Shown: positions 10,734 through 24,703 of the stretch, one piece after another | Layout: each line of letters opens with the position of its first letter | Numbering within the stretch: the stretch's first letter is position 1 | DNA from: Octopus bimaculoides | Lineage: Eukaryota | NCBI RefSeq assembly: GCF_001194135.2 | Contig: NC_068981.1 | Coordinates: 26,275,926 to 26,331,565 of the forward strand | DNA length: 55,640 nt | Reading direction: 5' to 3' | The notes under the pieces: model-generated | Seen by the model: only the letters and a program-made list of their open reading frames with translations | Databases searched by the model: none | What the model was told of the DNA's origin: nothing | Made by a program: the position numbers and the translations under genes

Positions 10734-13700
10734 AAAGCCCAAATGCAGATCATTTTGAAGTATGCTGTCGTGTACATCCACCGCACTTAAGGGGTATTCA
10801 GCAACTTTTTTTACTCTACAGCTGCACCGCACACTGCCAGAAACGTGTCACTCAATTCCGTAAATCCCTCACACATAAGGCCGTTGCTTTCATATATCTA
10901 CTTAATACTTGCTTCCTGAGGCACCCTCAACTCAAAGAGCAACAAAAGTTTGTTTAATCATGGCTATGCCGTAAGGTCAGAGTGATACATACATTAACGA
11001 TTTCTTTTGAGAACACCGGTTACATGCATATTTCAGTTTTAATTATCATGCAAACGTATGAGTATCATCTACCCTTTGTTTTCACACACATTCCTGCAAT
11101 GCCCTACCTCACACGCATTGTGGAAGACAAAGCGTAAATTTTTGTCTTTCCAATGGGCATGACATTGTTACATTGTTGCTTTAACGATACTAGTACAAGG
11201 TTATACTATCTAACATTCTCTTCAATTAATGACATACTTTCTGCTAGAAAATACTCCAGCGAACGCCTAATCTCCGCAGGAAAGACAATGGATATTGTCC
11301 TCCCCCACTGTCTAATATTGACCGGGGATTGATGCATATTATACAAAATTCTAAACAGGAATCGCAGCATATCTTGGCCCATGATTGATTCCTTTGCTGT
11401 ACTGTCTTCCATGTCGCACATGCGCATTTTTAGCATGCCGCATCAGCCGCGCGCTCTTCATTCAATATTTCGAAATGTTTTTGCACAATATTTCTCTAAG
11501 ATTGTTATTCTGGTAGCATATCCATTATCATTCACTATTATGAAAGAATACACACACATACATACATGCATACGCACATACATACATACACACACACATA
11601 CATACATACATACATACATACATACACCTCTAAAAGCAAGGAATAGTGGTGGGACATTCCAATAAAAACAGCCATTCGATGAAAACATGTCAGACCTTAT
11701 ACTTGGGTGTGTGCCTCAACAGCTCAATCAGAACACCAACTGAAACACTTATTAACAAACACCGGGAACATTCTTAACTGAAACAGTCATAACTCTTCCT
11801 TAGCGACCGGCTTGAACTCCATTAAAAACTTAAATACAACTCGAAGAGAGACATACATTCATACATACTAACATATATAAACACGCATACACATTGCCGC
11901 AAAAGTAGATGGTAGATACATAAATATTAAATGATCTATTCATATGCATGTGTGTGTATACTTACATACGTACATATATAAATATATATGTACTTGTGCG
12001 TAAGAGTATATATGTGTATACATACATACACACACACGTATATTTATTGCCCGAAGCGGTCGAGACTTCTGGTACTTGACTGAGGAAAGAAGGCCACGAA
12101 TGACCCGTCTTTTTTTTTGCATGTCCTTCTAATTGTTGTTTCCCTTGTCCGCCTTTGTCTCTTCTATTTGTCCGAATGTTTTATTGTCCTTTATTGCGTT
12201 TTTTGTTCTANNNNNNNNNNNNNNNNNNNNNNNNNNNNNNNNNNNNNNNNNNNNNNNNNNNNNNNNNNNNNNNNNNNNNNNNNNNNNNNNNNNNNNNNNN
12301 NNNNNNNNNNNNNNNNNNNNNNNNNNNNNNNNNNNNNNNNNNNNNNNNNNNNNNNNNNNNNNNNNNNNNNNNNNNNNNNNNNNNNNNNNNNNNNNNNNNN
12401 NNNNNNNNNNNNNNNNNNNNNNNNNNNNNNNNNNNNNNNNNNNNNNNNNNNNNNNNNNNNNNNNNNNNNNNNNNNNNNNNNNNNNNNNNNNNNNNNNNNN
12501 NNNNNNNNNNNNNNNNNNNNNNNNNNNNNNNNNNNNNNNNNNNNNNNNNNNNNNNNNNNNNNNNNNNNNNNNNNNNNNNNNNNNNNNNNNNNNNNNNNNN
12601 NNNNNNNNNNNNNNNNNNNNNNNNNNNNNNNNNNNNNNNNNNNNNNNNNNNNNNNNNNNNNNNNNNNNNNNNNNNNNNNNNNNNNNNNNNNNNNNNNNNN
12701 NNNNNNNNNNNNNNNNNNNNNNNNNNNNNNNNNNNNNNNNNNNNNNNNNNNNNNNNNNNNNNNNNNNNNNNNNNNNNNNNNNNNNNNTATTTAAATATAT
12801 ATATATGCATGTGTATCAATCTTCTCCATACATACATACATAAACTCATTTGCAAGTAAGTCGCCTTTGGAAAATTTTTTTATGACTCAGATAATTTAAT
12901 TATGCTCAATATCACAGATTGCAAATACCATTCACTGATTTATTCTATGGACATTCCTCTGTTTTCTATGTTTTTTGCGATCGTTATATATATTTCCATG
13001 TATAGTCAGCAAGTGAGATATATTCCGAATCGGCTCTTTTAAAAAAATATGTATGGCCTTCGTTAAATAGTGAATGGCTATCAAGAAGGGATGTGAAGTG
13101 TATCTCAAGACAACTGGACACTGACGCTCCTAAATAGGCAAAACTTAATTTTGCTAATCGAAATATTTACCTATGGAGTGAGCCCTCCAGCCACCTATAA
13201 ATTTACTGTATTTATGATCAACTTTTGTAAGAAATGAGTGAATGTAATAAGTGAATCTCGAAAATAATCATTAAAAATGTATGTGTGGGTGTTTGTGCGT
13301 CGGTGTTTGTGTGCGAGTGTTACATATGTGTATTTACATATGTGTTTTATATATATATATGTATATNNNNNNNNNNNNNNNNNNNNNNNNNNNNNNNNNN
13401 NNNNNNNNNNNNNNNNNNNNNNNNNNNNNNNNNNNNNNNNNNNNNNNNNNNNNNNNNNNNNNNNNNNNNNNNNNNNNNNNNNNNNNNNNNNNNNNNNNNN
13501 NNNNNNNNNNNNNNNNNNNNNNNNNNNNNNNNNNNNNNNNNNNNNNNNNNNNNNNNNNNNNNNNNNNNNNNNNNNNNNNNNNNNNNNNNNNNNNNNNNNN
13601 NNNNNNNNNNNNNNNNNNNNNNNNNNNNNNNNNNNNNNNNNNNNNNNNNNNNNNNCCCTGAGGCTGTAGCCATACTGGGACACCGCGAGTGTAATCACCT

Positions 13701-13869
13701 TTTAATTGCCCAATTCTATGTCATTGGCTTTTGGTGACGGAGGGAGTTCGATACCGCAGTCATTTTTCGTGTTTCCTGCCTTGATATTGGTTTATCTGGG
13801 ATCTTGGATAGCAAGAGATCAAGTTGCTTCTTGAAAATGTTTATCCCCCCCCCACACGCACACACACTC

Positions 13870-14790
13870 TATGGAAATCCCTCAGGCGCTTTGGCAAAGA
13901 ATTAAACAGCTGCGGACTCTTGAATCCCAAGCTATTGCAGTTCATTTTCTCGCCTTAGATGAGACAGCTGGGTCACTTGGTACAGGGCAATGACGTCCAA
14001 TTCGAGGTCTGGTATAACTCTCAATTCCAAAGCATCTCCAGTATCTTCCACGCATGTATCACTGCATACTTCTCCCGTCTTCACTCCAGAGAGTAGAGTC
14101 ATAGCTCGCTCAGCCTCTCCCAGTAGCTCAGCTGTTGCATTGATGCAATCTTCCTCGTGTAGCATCGCTGAACCGCCTCAAGTTTTGCTATCCATAGGAC
14201 CAGCATAGTTTCCTGGTCTCTTGTTCTGAAGTTTCTCAAAATCCATCCGGCCATTCCTCTGCACACTGCCGCCATTTTAGTGTTATGCATGTGAAACAAA
14301 GCACCATTGCTCATATCAATCCCAAGATCGCGCACCGTATGTGATTCTATGATTGCCGCTCCTTTTGGGTGCAGAGTGTCATCGCTGTTACTTCTAACCA
14401 CCAGTTAGTTGATAGTGGAGGACTTGGAATTTGCCTGCATTAAATTGCATGTTGTTATCGTCAGCCCATTTATATATGGCATCTAGGTCGTTGAGTAGAC
14501 GATTAGCGTCAAAACGTTCCTTGACTGCTTGCACTACTTTTGTGTCGTCGGCATAGCTAGTAAGTAGCAAAATTGCTTTTGTGTCATCGGCATAGCTAGT
14601 ACATGTGGTTTTCTGTGTTACTGATGGTATGTCTGAAAGAGAGCCACTGTGAACAGCTGCAGCCTCAATATATTTCCCTGGAGCACCCCACTTTCTATTA
14701 CTGTCTCTGTGGAGGGGGCTCCGATGACTGCTACAGCCTGGTTTCTGTCTTTTAAGAAGTCATGCAACCACATTCCGGGTTATGCCGAGT
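13870..14790 (-). mobile_element. CR1/L2-group LINE 3' fragment (RT domain to 3' end), decayed
   Basis: The minus strand reads WLHDFLKDRNQAV, SGVLQGNIL, TSYADDTK, DLDAIYKWADDNNMQFNAGKFQVLHY, VRDLGIDMS, ILRNFRTRD and KLEAVQRCYTRKI...LSYWERLSEL. Confidence 0.85.
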
Positions 14791-14827
14791 GTATATAAAC
14801 ACTTTATATTAGTAAATCTCTCTCTCC

Positions 14828-14896
<69 letters not shown>

Positions 14897-15009
14897 TAAA
14901 ATATACAAGAATAAGGGCAGGGAATCGTCAATTAATAATAGAATTAATAATTAACAATTTTGCCAAGTAGTTCAGTATGAAAAAACCTTTATCGGTAAAA
15001 CCATTTATC

Positions 15010-15268
15010 ATCATAAATATACAGGGATTAGCATTGAGTTGCTTCTCCAACATACTGAAAATTTAGAAATAGCAGTCAAAGAACTACTGATCCTAAACTA
15101 CAAATTTTTCTCTAAACGGATGGCGATATTTATGGCGTGTGCCATAAATATCGCCATCCGTTTAGAGAAAAAATTTGTAGTTTAGAATCAGTAGTTCTTT
15201 GACTGCTATTTCTAAATTTTCAGTATGTTGGAGAAGCAACTCAATGCTAATCCCTGTATATTTATGAT
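15010..15268. repeat. 259-bp fold-back hairpin (127/128-bp arms, 4-nt loop)
   Basis: Arms 15010-15136 and 15141-15268 surround loop gtgt. I found one mismatch and one 1-nt indel by eye. It lies between (TA)n upstream and (GATA)n directly downstream. Confidence 0.95.
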
Positions 15269-18200
15269 TATATAGATAGATAGATAGATAGATAGATAGA
15301 TGGATAGATAGATAGATAGATAGATAGATAATGAATGATTACCTCAGGAGCACTATTAATACCCAAAGCTAATATTGACTTCCAGTTCGAAGTGGCTGCT
15401 TTCATTTACCTTCTGAGGATATCTCGTAAGGACTCGTGGTGCATACCACTATTCGTAATTATATAGCTGACAACCGTCAAGTTGGAGATCAAAATTAACT
15501 TTTGCTATTAATGCTGCTTCTGTCGCAATTAACTGATTTTAAATAAGCTCACAGGCTATTTGCGACACCAGCGTCTGAATAGACACTGGGATTCTATATG
15601 TTTTAGACGGGAGATTCGGCTGTTACTGCTCTGCTGGATATGTCAATGAGGTATCCATTGCAGGGTGTAATCGCGTGTTCTAGCACTTCCAGCGGAAATA
15701 GATGATTCTCTATAAGAAATGAGAGCAGTAACTATACTGAGAAGTAATGTTTATCACCATTTAAACATGACACTTCTGTAGGAGCCGACGATACTGCAAT
15801 TTTCCACCCCAGGGGGATGCCTACTCCAGCTGGTTATTCGATACAGTCTGCACTCGATATATATTGCAAGTTAATTTCCTTCTTGCAAGATCAGTGAGTG
15901 TGTCGCTTGGTGTTTTTTTATATATCGCGAGTTGGAGAGAACTACTGCTATCGCTATCGGGAGAGTATCCACAACCGACATTGACCACAAAGAGGTCGAA
16001 ACCGTACGGTCTGGCGGTCTCGTGGCTAGAAGATAGTAGAGGTTCACTTCCTTGCTAGAAATATATAACGAGTTCAGATTGCATTGAATAACCAACCAGC
16101 GGAGACGTCATACTAGGGTTAAAAATAGCAGCAACTTCCCCCCCACCCTACGGAACTGCCATGTTTAAGTGGCGATAAACATTACTTCATATCTAAGTAA
16201 ATATATATACATGTGTGTGTGTGTGTGTTTGTAGATATGTATGCATGCATAAATGTATGTAATTTCAGTTGGAACATTCAGTGCAAAGTTCAATACAACT
16301 ACAATGGTGAAACGTACCTATTAGAAAAAATAAAATAAATACTTATTTTGATCGTAATTACTTCTACATAGACATAAACACACATTCACGTTCACATTTA
16401 TTTACATGTATACTTACATAATTACATGCACACATATATATATACGTGTAAACATACATAAACAATGTTTTTGATAATGTTAATGTCAGATTCTTAATAA
16501 ACAACAAACATATTTACCGGTAGTAGGATTTTACATAATATAGGATGAGGAATATTGAATATATTGATGTCACTTCAACCTCAGGTTTCATTCTTAACAG
16601 CTTATTAAAGCAGTTCACTAAGGCGTTAAGGACTAACCCTGAGCACTTTTTCAAATCAATACTACACACTCACACGCGCGCGCATGTATTTATGCACATA
16701 TATATACATACATACGTATGTATATATATATATATATATACTTGGCCAGTCAATTTTTCTATTCAGCCACTCACACAAACTAAGTGCCATAGTAAAAGAC
16801 TATTGTCACTAAGAAAGTATTGAAGCACTAATGATCCTTTGTCAGGGTCTCAAGGTTTGTAGAAAGGATGAAGCTGTTGAAAAACAAATTTTCAAACTGG
16901 AAACCTAGGCAAATACTTGCAAAAGAATCGACTTCACGGAGGGTGCCCAAGGTTCTTGTAGTAGTGTTATACCGGACATCGAGCTGAATCTATAAATCCA
17001 GTAGATCGTGTCTAGTTTCGAACTAAGAACTAAGAACATGAACGCATAACGCGAAATATATTTATATGTGTGAAGCACTATGTATGTGTATAAGGAGGAG
17101 TAAAAGATTTGAGTCATCAGGTGTCTGAGAGTACCTGAGAAATTTCATGTGTGAGGGGAGTAGTTGAAAGGACAATGTGTGTGAATAAGTGAGCATTTAC
17201 ATATACTGTAGGCAAAAGCTGCGGAGAGAGAAAAAGAAAAATAGCGAGATGTTCCGTTAGACGTTCCAACGATCCTTGCAGTTCATTCTAGACAAATTGG
17301 ATACTGACTGATGACTGAAGAATAAAAGTCAAAGCTTATCTAGGTGGGAGTGAACTTGGAACACAAAACAGCCGGAATAATTACCGCATGGCATTCTATC
17401 AGACTCTCAAATGCTTCAAATCATTCAACATTTGCTTGCTGATTCCCATTTCTTCCTTTTTTTGTGTTAATAATGACTGGCAGTTACTGCTGTTCACTTT
17501 ACACCTGTCCGAAACTATATATTCCCTATCAGCGGTGCTCATCAAAGCCTCGGTTGTGATAAGCAAAGAAAACTAAACAATAAATAAATAAAACTGTCTC
17601 ATTTTAGCTTCCGTTTCTCGCTTCTATCTTAATAAACGGCCTTCCACCAAACTAATTTTATTCTTTTGTCTTTTCTTTTTCACTTTTTTCCACTTGGTTT
17701 AATACGCTGTTTATTGTTTATTTTACAACTCAATTGTGTTCTACAAATTAACTTCGTCGATGCAGACTAGCAAGATACCAAGGAATCTGAATTTTATAAA
17801 ATAATTAAACAGTGAAGAAGAAAACAATGCTATAGAATGACTGACATTATTTTATTTGACAAGTACGATAAACTATTATGAACTTATTTTGGTCTAATCC
17901 TGACCTCTCCAATAGAGCAGAAGCGTCACAGTTGTTTTGAATATCATTACGTAAATTTTTATCATTGCACATTCATTGGAATAGCAGAATAAAATTATCT
18001 TGCTAAAAGGTGGGAAAATACTTGGTCTTGCAGGCTTCCATTGCAGCTATTTCACCAAAGTTCACGCTTCATGTGCTTAAAATACTGATATTCTGCTTTT
18101 GCAAAAATCAAAAATATGTTTTAAAAAATAGTTTAAATTTTCAAAAAACATTCGATAATTCCATGAGAAATAAAGAACATCCGGACTTGCCATTATTTAT

Positions 18201-20969
18201 TCAAAATCTTATTTCTCTAACAAGAAATTAGTGAAGAAATTAACAGTTGCTTGGTGAAAAGAGAAAATTTATTGGTAAAGTGCAATCACCCATCTACAAC
18301 TACCGCTATAGCTTTAATTTTCAAGGCCACACATATTTCAACTCCAGTTACCCATTTTTCTATAGTAAATTTCGCTTCTGAAAACTCAAAACAAAACCGA
18401 AGAGAAAGTTACCTTCAGACAGCGGATCTGGCCCGAAAGTGCTCTCCGCTGAAGGTAATAATAAGCGCTACCAAGTTCCTTTCACAATATTGTCATCAAT
18501 CCGGAGTACAGCAAGTATATCATGCTCAGGATGGAATGCATCAAATTCACGTAACTGTGACGCGAGCCTCTTAAGCACACATTCTTGTGTCCATGATTTC
18601 AAGCTAATGGCTTCAAAGTTCATATCTGTAGAAGTTATTTCTCTGGTCATGGCTCTAATTCGTTGAAAATGGGTTCTATAACTTCAAAAGATATATTTGG
18701 TAGACTAGTCAACAGAGAATTAGTCTTTCATTTGCATAACACAATAAAAGCACGATTTCAGCATGCATCAACCATAAGTTTAAGAATTATAATCTTAGGA
18801 GCACAAAATCACAGAATCCGTTTTTTCGTAGAAAATAACTTCACATCTTATGCGTTGTCGTCGTCGTCGTCGTTGTTGTTGCTGTTGTTGTGGTGGTGGT
18901 GGTGGTGCTGGCTCTTTTTGAGCTTCTGTTCAGCTCTAACGATTATCACGATATATTTTACAATGCTTATAGAACATTATTAAATGTGTCTACATTTTTT
19001 AAGATAGCAAAGTATGATTTAAGGGAGATTTGACAGTGATTTCTAGAAGGATGACAGCCTGCGTAAAGGCTCTCTCACGGCCACTAATTTATGCATAGTC
19101 GATAAAAGAACAAATAGCAAACCAATCTTGTGTGTTTTGAAAATATATTCAGTTATTTCATATTTATAACCAGAGAATTTTCAGTTGACAAATGTAGAGC
19201 TCTTGAGTGCTTGACACCTGGTAGACCAATTGCAAGCACGAGAAATAGGATAGTCAATAATAGTAATTGCTGTTTGTTTGTTTTTTGGGCTTTTTTTCTG
19301 ATTTTCTATTAAATGCGAGTATCTGTGGATTCTGTCAGCTACTGGTTTATTCATAAGTCTGGTAAGATCACTGCTTAATTAAGGTTTCTCTGGCAGCAAA
19401 TAACTTACAGAAGCATCTCTTACTGGACAGGACACCAATCTATTGCAGGTAACTTTACTGGAAGTTTCCGTGCTTGTTCAAAAAATGAAATTGAAGTGTG
19501 GAAATTTGGAGTAAAACGCTGTACGCTGTACCCGTAGTGACGAAAAATCACATTAAACTCGAACTAACGGAGACCCTACACAATCATTTCATCTATAAAT
19601 AGTAGTAAAATGTAATCCGAGATGCAATATTCCTCAAATCAAAAGGGTGGTCATGATCGGAAAGCCTTTGATCATCGATCTGCTCAATCAGATCTGACGT
19701 GGGCCTAAACAACAGTAAAATCATCATTAAACACTAAATAGATTTGAACTTGGGATATATAGGCTCGAGATCCAATGCTTAACCTATTCAATCACTTCAT
19801 TTTAATCCCGTAATTTAGTTTCCCTTTTATAAATGTTATATGCAATACATTGATTAATGAATGCAAATATAATTACATCAACGAGTGTTTGACTGTGAAA
19901 TTGCTAATTATATTCTCATTTGCTAAATATATTGATATTTTCCTCTTTCTATTCCAAAACACAACTAATTTAAATATATTTAAATAAATTCTTGAAAATT
20001 ATATCCCTTTAAATTAAAGTTATTTGTGTAAAATGAATCTGTTTTTTTAATTTTCATCATGAATTGGAATTACATAAAATATATTGCTCAGAATGGAAAG
20101 CAAACTAAATGATTGCAGGAATATTAGTCACATTTACTAAAGAATTACATAAAACATAATTTAATCATAATACGAAATATATTTTTCAGTTTAAGATAAA
20201 TTGAATTAAAGTTATAATGAGAAATAATGTTGGATGTTCAATATGTATTTATTGCACGTTAGCCATATACAGTTATGTTTGCTTTCTATAACGAGTTTTT
20301 AAAACAACTCTATCACCAACAATAATATATTTTGCTATATATTAACACGAGGGCACACATTTCGAGGGAGAAGAAACAATTAATTCGATATTTCGTCGCC
20401 ATTACATTACTAACATTTATTTTATCAAATCCAGAATTATTAAATATAAAGGGTACATAAATATGAATCTAGATATAGGATACAAAATTGCAACATAAAG
20501 AATTATAATTAAATACTGGAATTTTTCTGACTCTTTTCCAATTTACCAGGCACCATTATTTCAACATTTTACATCAGTACTTAGCTAGAGTTAATGATAC
20601 GTAACATACAGAGCCTCCGAAGCTGATGTGTGAGAAGGAAATATCTTCAAACCAAAAACCTGGGTCGAATCCTCGCAACAAACTGAACCGCACTAAACTT
20701 ATCAAGGTGCTAAGTGGTGGCTTTTATTTGAGTGACGGGTAAAGACTACCACCAAATTATGCCATGGCAGGATTGAAACTCCGAGCATAAAGAGCCGAAG
20801 CATTTGCTGCGATATATTGTTTCCGCAGTAATTACTATTCGACTAACCCATGCTTCAGATTGGTAGATTTCTATGAAACGCCAAGAAGTCGAAGAAATAT
20901 CAACCTCGGGGTTATTCGAACTTGAAGTGCAGAAAGTCAAGTAAAGGAAACCGCGAAGCATTCTGTCCG

Positions 20970-21125
20970 ACATGCTAGTTCACTAAAACATTCCTTCAGA
21001 ATTAGATTCCAAAGGGCAAAGATGTAGAGTAAACTTGAATAATATCTCTCACTTGTGTTTTAAACCCTGTCAGTCATACATACACACACAAGCACATGTG
21101 TATATGTATATGTATATATATATAC

Positions 21126-21172
<47 letters not shown>

Positions 21173-22736
21173 CACTCATATATATATATATGTACATTAC
21201 CCATTCGCAACCACAATTGTCTCTATTTTATGTAGGTCCAGTTCAAACTTGATCCAGTAGATATATGATAAAGAGCATTTCGATCGTATCGTTGCACATC
21301 TTTTTTTTGTCAGACAATGTATTTAGAACCATTTTTGATTCCATTCAATTCGAATATAGATTGCTGAAGTAATTACTTTAAGCAGTCGTTGGCGAACAAC
21401 CGCCAATGGGATATCAAAGGAAAAGTATTAGTGACAACATTATCACAATGCATTTAGTAAGGTAGTGAATATCATTTGGCAAGCGACATAATAAAAATAA
21501 TCAAGGCACTATACACATACACACGAGCCTGTGTATGTGTGTATATAGAAATGATCAAGGCACTATGCACTTAACCACACACGCACGTGCAAGTGGGTTA
21601 CTAAACTATAAGGGAAACATGCATATGCTAAGGCAAGCTTCTTAAAAGGAATCCATCGCAGTTTATATTTACAGAAAGAACTGTATGTTGACTATTTTCA
21701 CCATTACGTATAAATTGTGATCAAACATCGATAACAGTTTTAGTAACGATGTATTTGCTGTAATGCACTACATAGTAAACATACATATAATATTTGCTCC
21801 CACTCGTACATATATATGTGAATTGATAGGTAAATGTAAACATTTTATACACACATATCAATAATATTCTTTTTTACTATAGGCACAAGGCCTGAAATTT
21901 TGGTGGAGAGGATCAGTCGATTGCATCGACCCCAGTGCGTAGCTGGTACTTTATTTATCGACCCCCAAAGGATGAAAGGCGAAGTCGACCCTGGCGGCAT
22001 TTGAACTTAAAACCGGAAGACAGACAGAATACCACTAAGCATTTTGCCCGGCATACTAACGATTTTGCCAACTCCCCTTTATATATATCAATAATAATTC
22101 GGATTATTACGAAGTGGCATAGCATTACCTTTAATTCCTTTTTATATATCCAGCTTCACATAGACCTACACATGTTTCTATTGCATCAATTAGTGATCTT
22201 TGCAGTTGTAACGTACTATAATACAGGTGCCGTTTCTTTAGGGTTTTCACTGTAATATTCTTTGAGTAATCTGGTTATCTACTCTGTTTTGTATAATGTG
22301 GAGTACGTTCGTTAATTTACACGTGAACTAACTTCAATTCAAGTTTTGATTGGATAATTATTTATAATCTGAGCCTAAAAGAGCCTGCCGTGAAGGAACA
22401 ATTGCAACTGAAATCAACAGCGAACTATGGATATATTTTATATGTGATCGTGTTCTGTTGTCAAAAGCAAGATAGGTGAATACTATGAAGTCACGTGAAA
22501 ATCGAAATGTCCAGGTAAATGATAAACTTGAGCACCAACCCCCTCTTACGACTTGTATCATATGTCACAAAACTTCGAAGGCAATATCTGGACTTAAAAG
22601 ACACATGCTAGTTCACTAAAACATTCCTTCAGAATTAGATTCCAAAGGGCAAAGATGTAGAGTAAACTTGAATAATATCTCTCACTTGTGTTTTAAACCC
22701 TGTCAGTCATACATACACACACAAACACATGTGTAT
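20970..22736. repeat. ~134-bp direct repeat pair (20970-21103 and 22603-22736), offset 1633 bp
   Basis: acatgctagttcactaaaacattccttcag...cacatgtgtat occurs twice with one mismatch. The second copy runs into an N-gap. Confidence 0.9.
21881..22078 (-). mobile_element. SINE, family A (the most abundant family in the window)
   Basis: Reverse complement of the 47299-47515 copy, with shared block gtcgactttgcctttcatcctttcggggtcgataaaataagtacc. Further partial copies lie near 39400, 41680, 46220, 47050 and 50280. Confidence 0.8.
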
Positions 22737-24703
22737 NNNNNNNNNNNNNNNNNNNNNNNNNNNNNNNNNNNNNNNNNNNNNNNNNNNNNNNNNNNNNNNN
22801 NNNNNNNNNNNNNNNNNNNNNNNNNNNNNNNNNNNNNNNNNNNNNNNNNNNNNNNNNNNNNNNNNNNNNNNNNNNNNNNNNNNNNNNNNNNNNNNNNNNN
22901 NNNNNNNNNNNNNNNNNNNNNNNNNNNNNNNNNNNNNNNNNNNNNNNNNNNNNNNNNNNNNNNNNNNNNNNNNNNNNNNNNNNNNNNNNNNNNNNNNNNN
23001 NNNNNNNNNNNNNNNNNNNNNNNNNNNNNNNNNNNNNNNNNNNNNNNNNNNNNNNNNNNNNNNNNNNNNNNNNNNNNNNNNNNNNNNNNNNNNNNNNNNN
23101 NNNNNNNNNNNNNNNNNNNNNNNNNNNNNNNNNNNNNNNNNNNNNNNNNNNNNNNNNNNNNNNNNNNNNNNNNNNNNNNNNNNNNNNNNNNNNNNNNNNN
23201 NNNNNNNNNNNNNNNNNNNNNNNNNNNNNNNNNNNNNNNNNNNNNNNNNNNNNNNNNNNNNNNNNNNNNNNNNNNNNNNNNNNNNNNNNNNNNNNNNNNN
23301 NNNNNNNNNNNNNNNNNNNNNNNNNNNNNNNNNNNNNNNNNNNNNNNNNNNNNNNNNNNNNNNNNNNNNNNNNNNNNNNNNTATATATATATATATATAT
23401 ATATATACACTACGTATATGTATGCATGCATATACACTTATATATGTGTGTGTATATACATACATACATACATACATACATACATACACATACACATTAC
23501 GTTTTATATCATATTAAATTATATATATGTCTTTTTGAGCGAAAACACGGGTTGCATGAAATCCTAGAGCTGCTCCAGCTTTCATCGATTGACAGATCAC
23601 AGTGAAAAATCAGTTAATCTGCCAGTATTAACTCTGTCCTAACACGTCAGGATATTCTATTCGATTGATCCATGATAGTGAAAAAATTACACATTGACGC
23701 TGGTCCTTTCTCTTTTATAACTGAGCTGTTCGTGATTCATGCCGTATCACCAGGTAAAAAAAAAAAATAATGCAATCTCAATGATATTATATTTTAATTA
23801 TAGCGATGGTGTTTATCCATCATTCTTTCTTCTATGTTTTTTTCTGTCTTTGTCTATCTCAATTTATCTATCTATCGATCTATTTATGGGCGAATCTAGC
23901 TAGCTGTCTCACTACCTATCTATGTCTCTATCTGTGTGTATGTGTGTGTGTGTATGAATGCGTAATATAGAGATGCATCTCTTTCCAGTCTCATTTATTT
24001 CCTATACCGTTTGCTCAGTGAATCGTGTGCAAGTTTCTTTTTTTTTTTTCTTTAAATCTGAGGGCATATAAATATGTATACATGTCAAAACATATGCACA
24101 CACATGAGTGTGACGAAGGATATTGAATTGTTCGATGAAATGAAAGACTTGCTCTGTAAATTAACGAGTGAATTGTTTCAGAATTCCACAGACACATATA
24201 CCGTTAACATAAGGGTATTTCAACACGACACTGCAAGTTCAATCCATGAGACAGCCTTGCACTTAGCTTCATTCTCCGTAATATTTTTCACAAGGCTTGT
24301 CTCAACACGAATCAAAAGATACGTTGATAGAGTGTCGCAGTAGACGAGCGTTCGTGAATACGAAGCGAACTGCAGAACTATTCATCCATGTTGCACCTAC
24401 GTATGCATACACTCACACACACGGACAGTCACGCGTACGCACGCACGCATGTACATACATACACGCACGCACACACACATACACACAAACACACATATAT
24501 GTATGTATTATGTATATATTTCTATTCGTTCCTTATCTCAGTAATTAGACTGCGGTCATACTGGGACAACGCCTTGAAGAATTTTAGTCGAACGAATCGA
24601 ATCTAAGTGCTTGTTATGTTTTGTAAAGGTTCGTATTTATTCTATCGGGCTCTTAATACTATGGGACGTAAACAGACAAACAACGGTTGTCAAGCGGTGG
24701 CAG

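Noticed and set aside
18250-18840. Complex island with overlapping 60-107 aa ORFs on both strands
   Set aside because: No recognisable domain or consistent splice signals; probably an old unclassified repeat.
23739-23753. ATG CCG TAT CAC CAG|gtaaaa as an alternative phase-0 first exon
   Set aside because: Only five codons, with no resemblance to the ASMT N-terminal helix beyond the final Gln; expected by chance.
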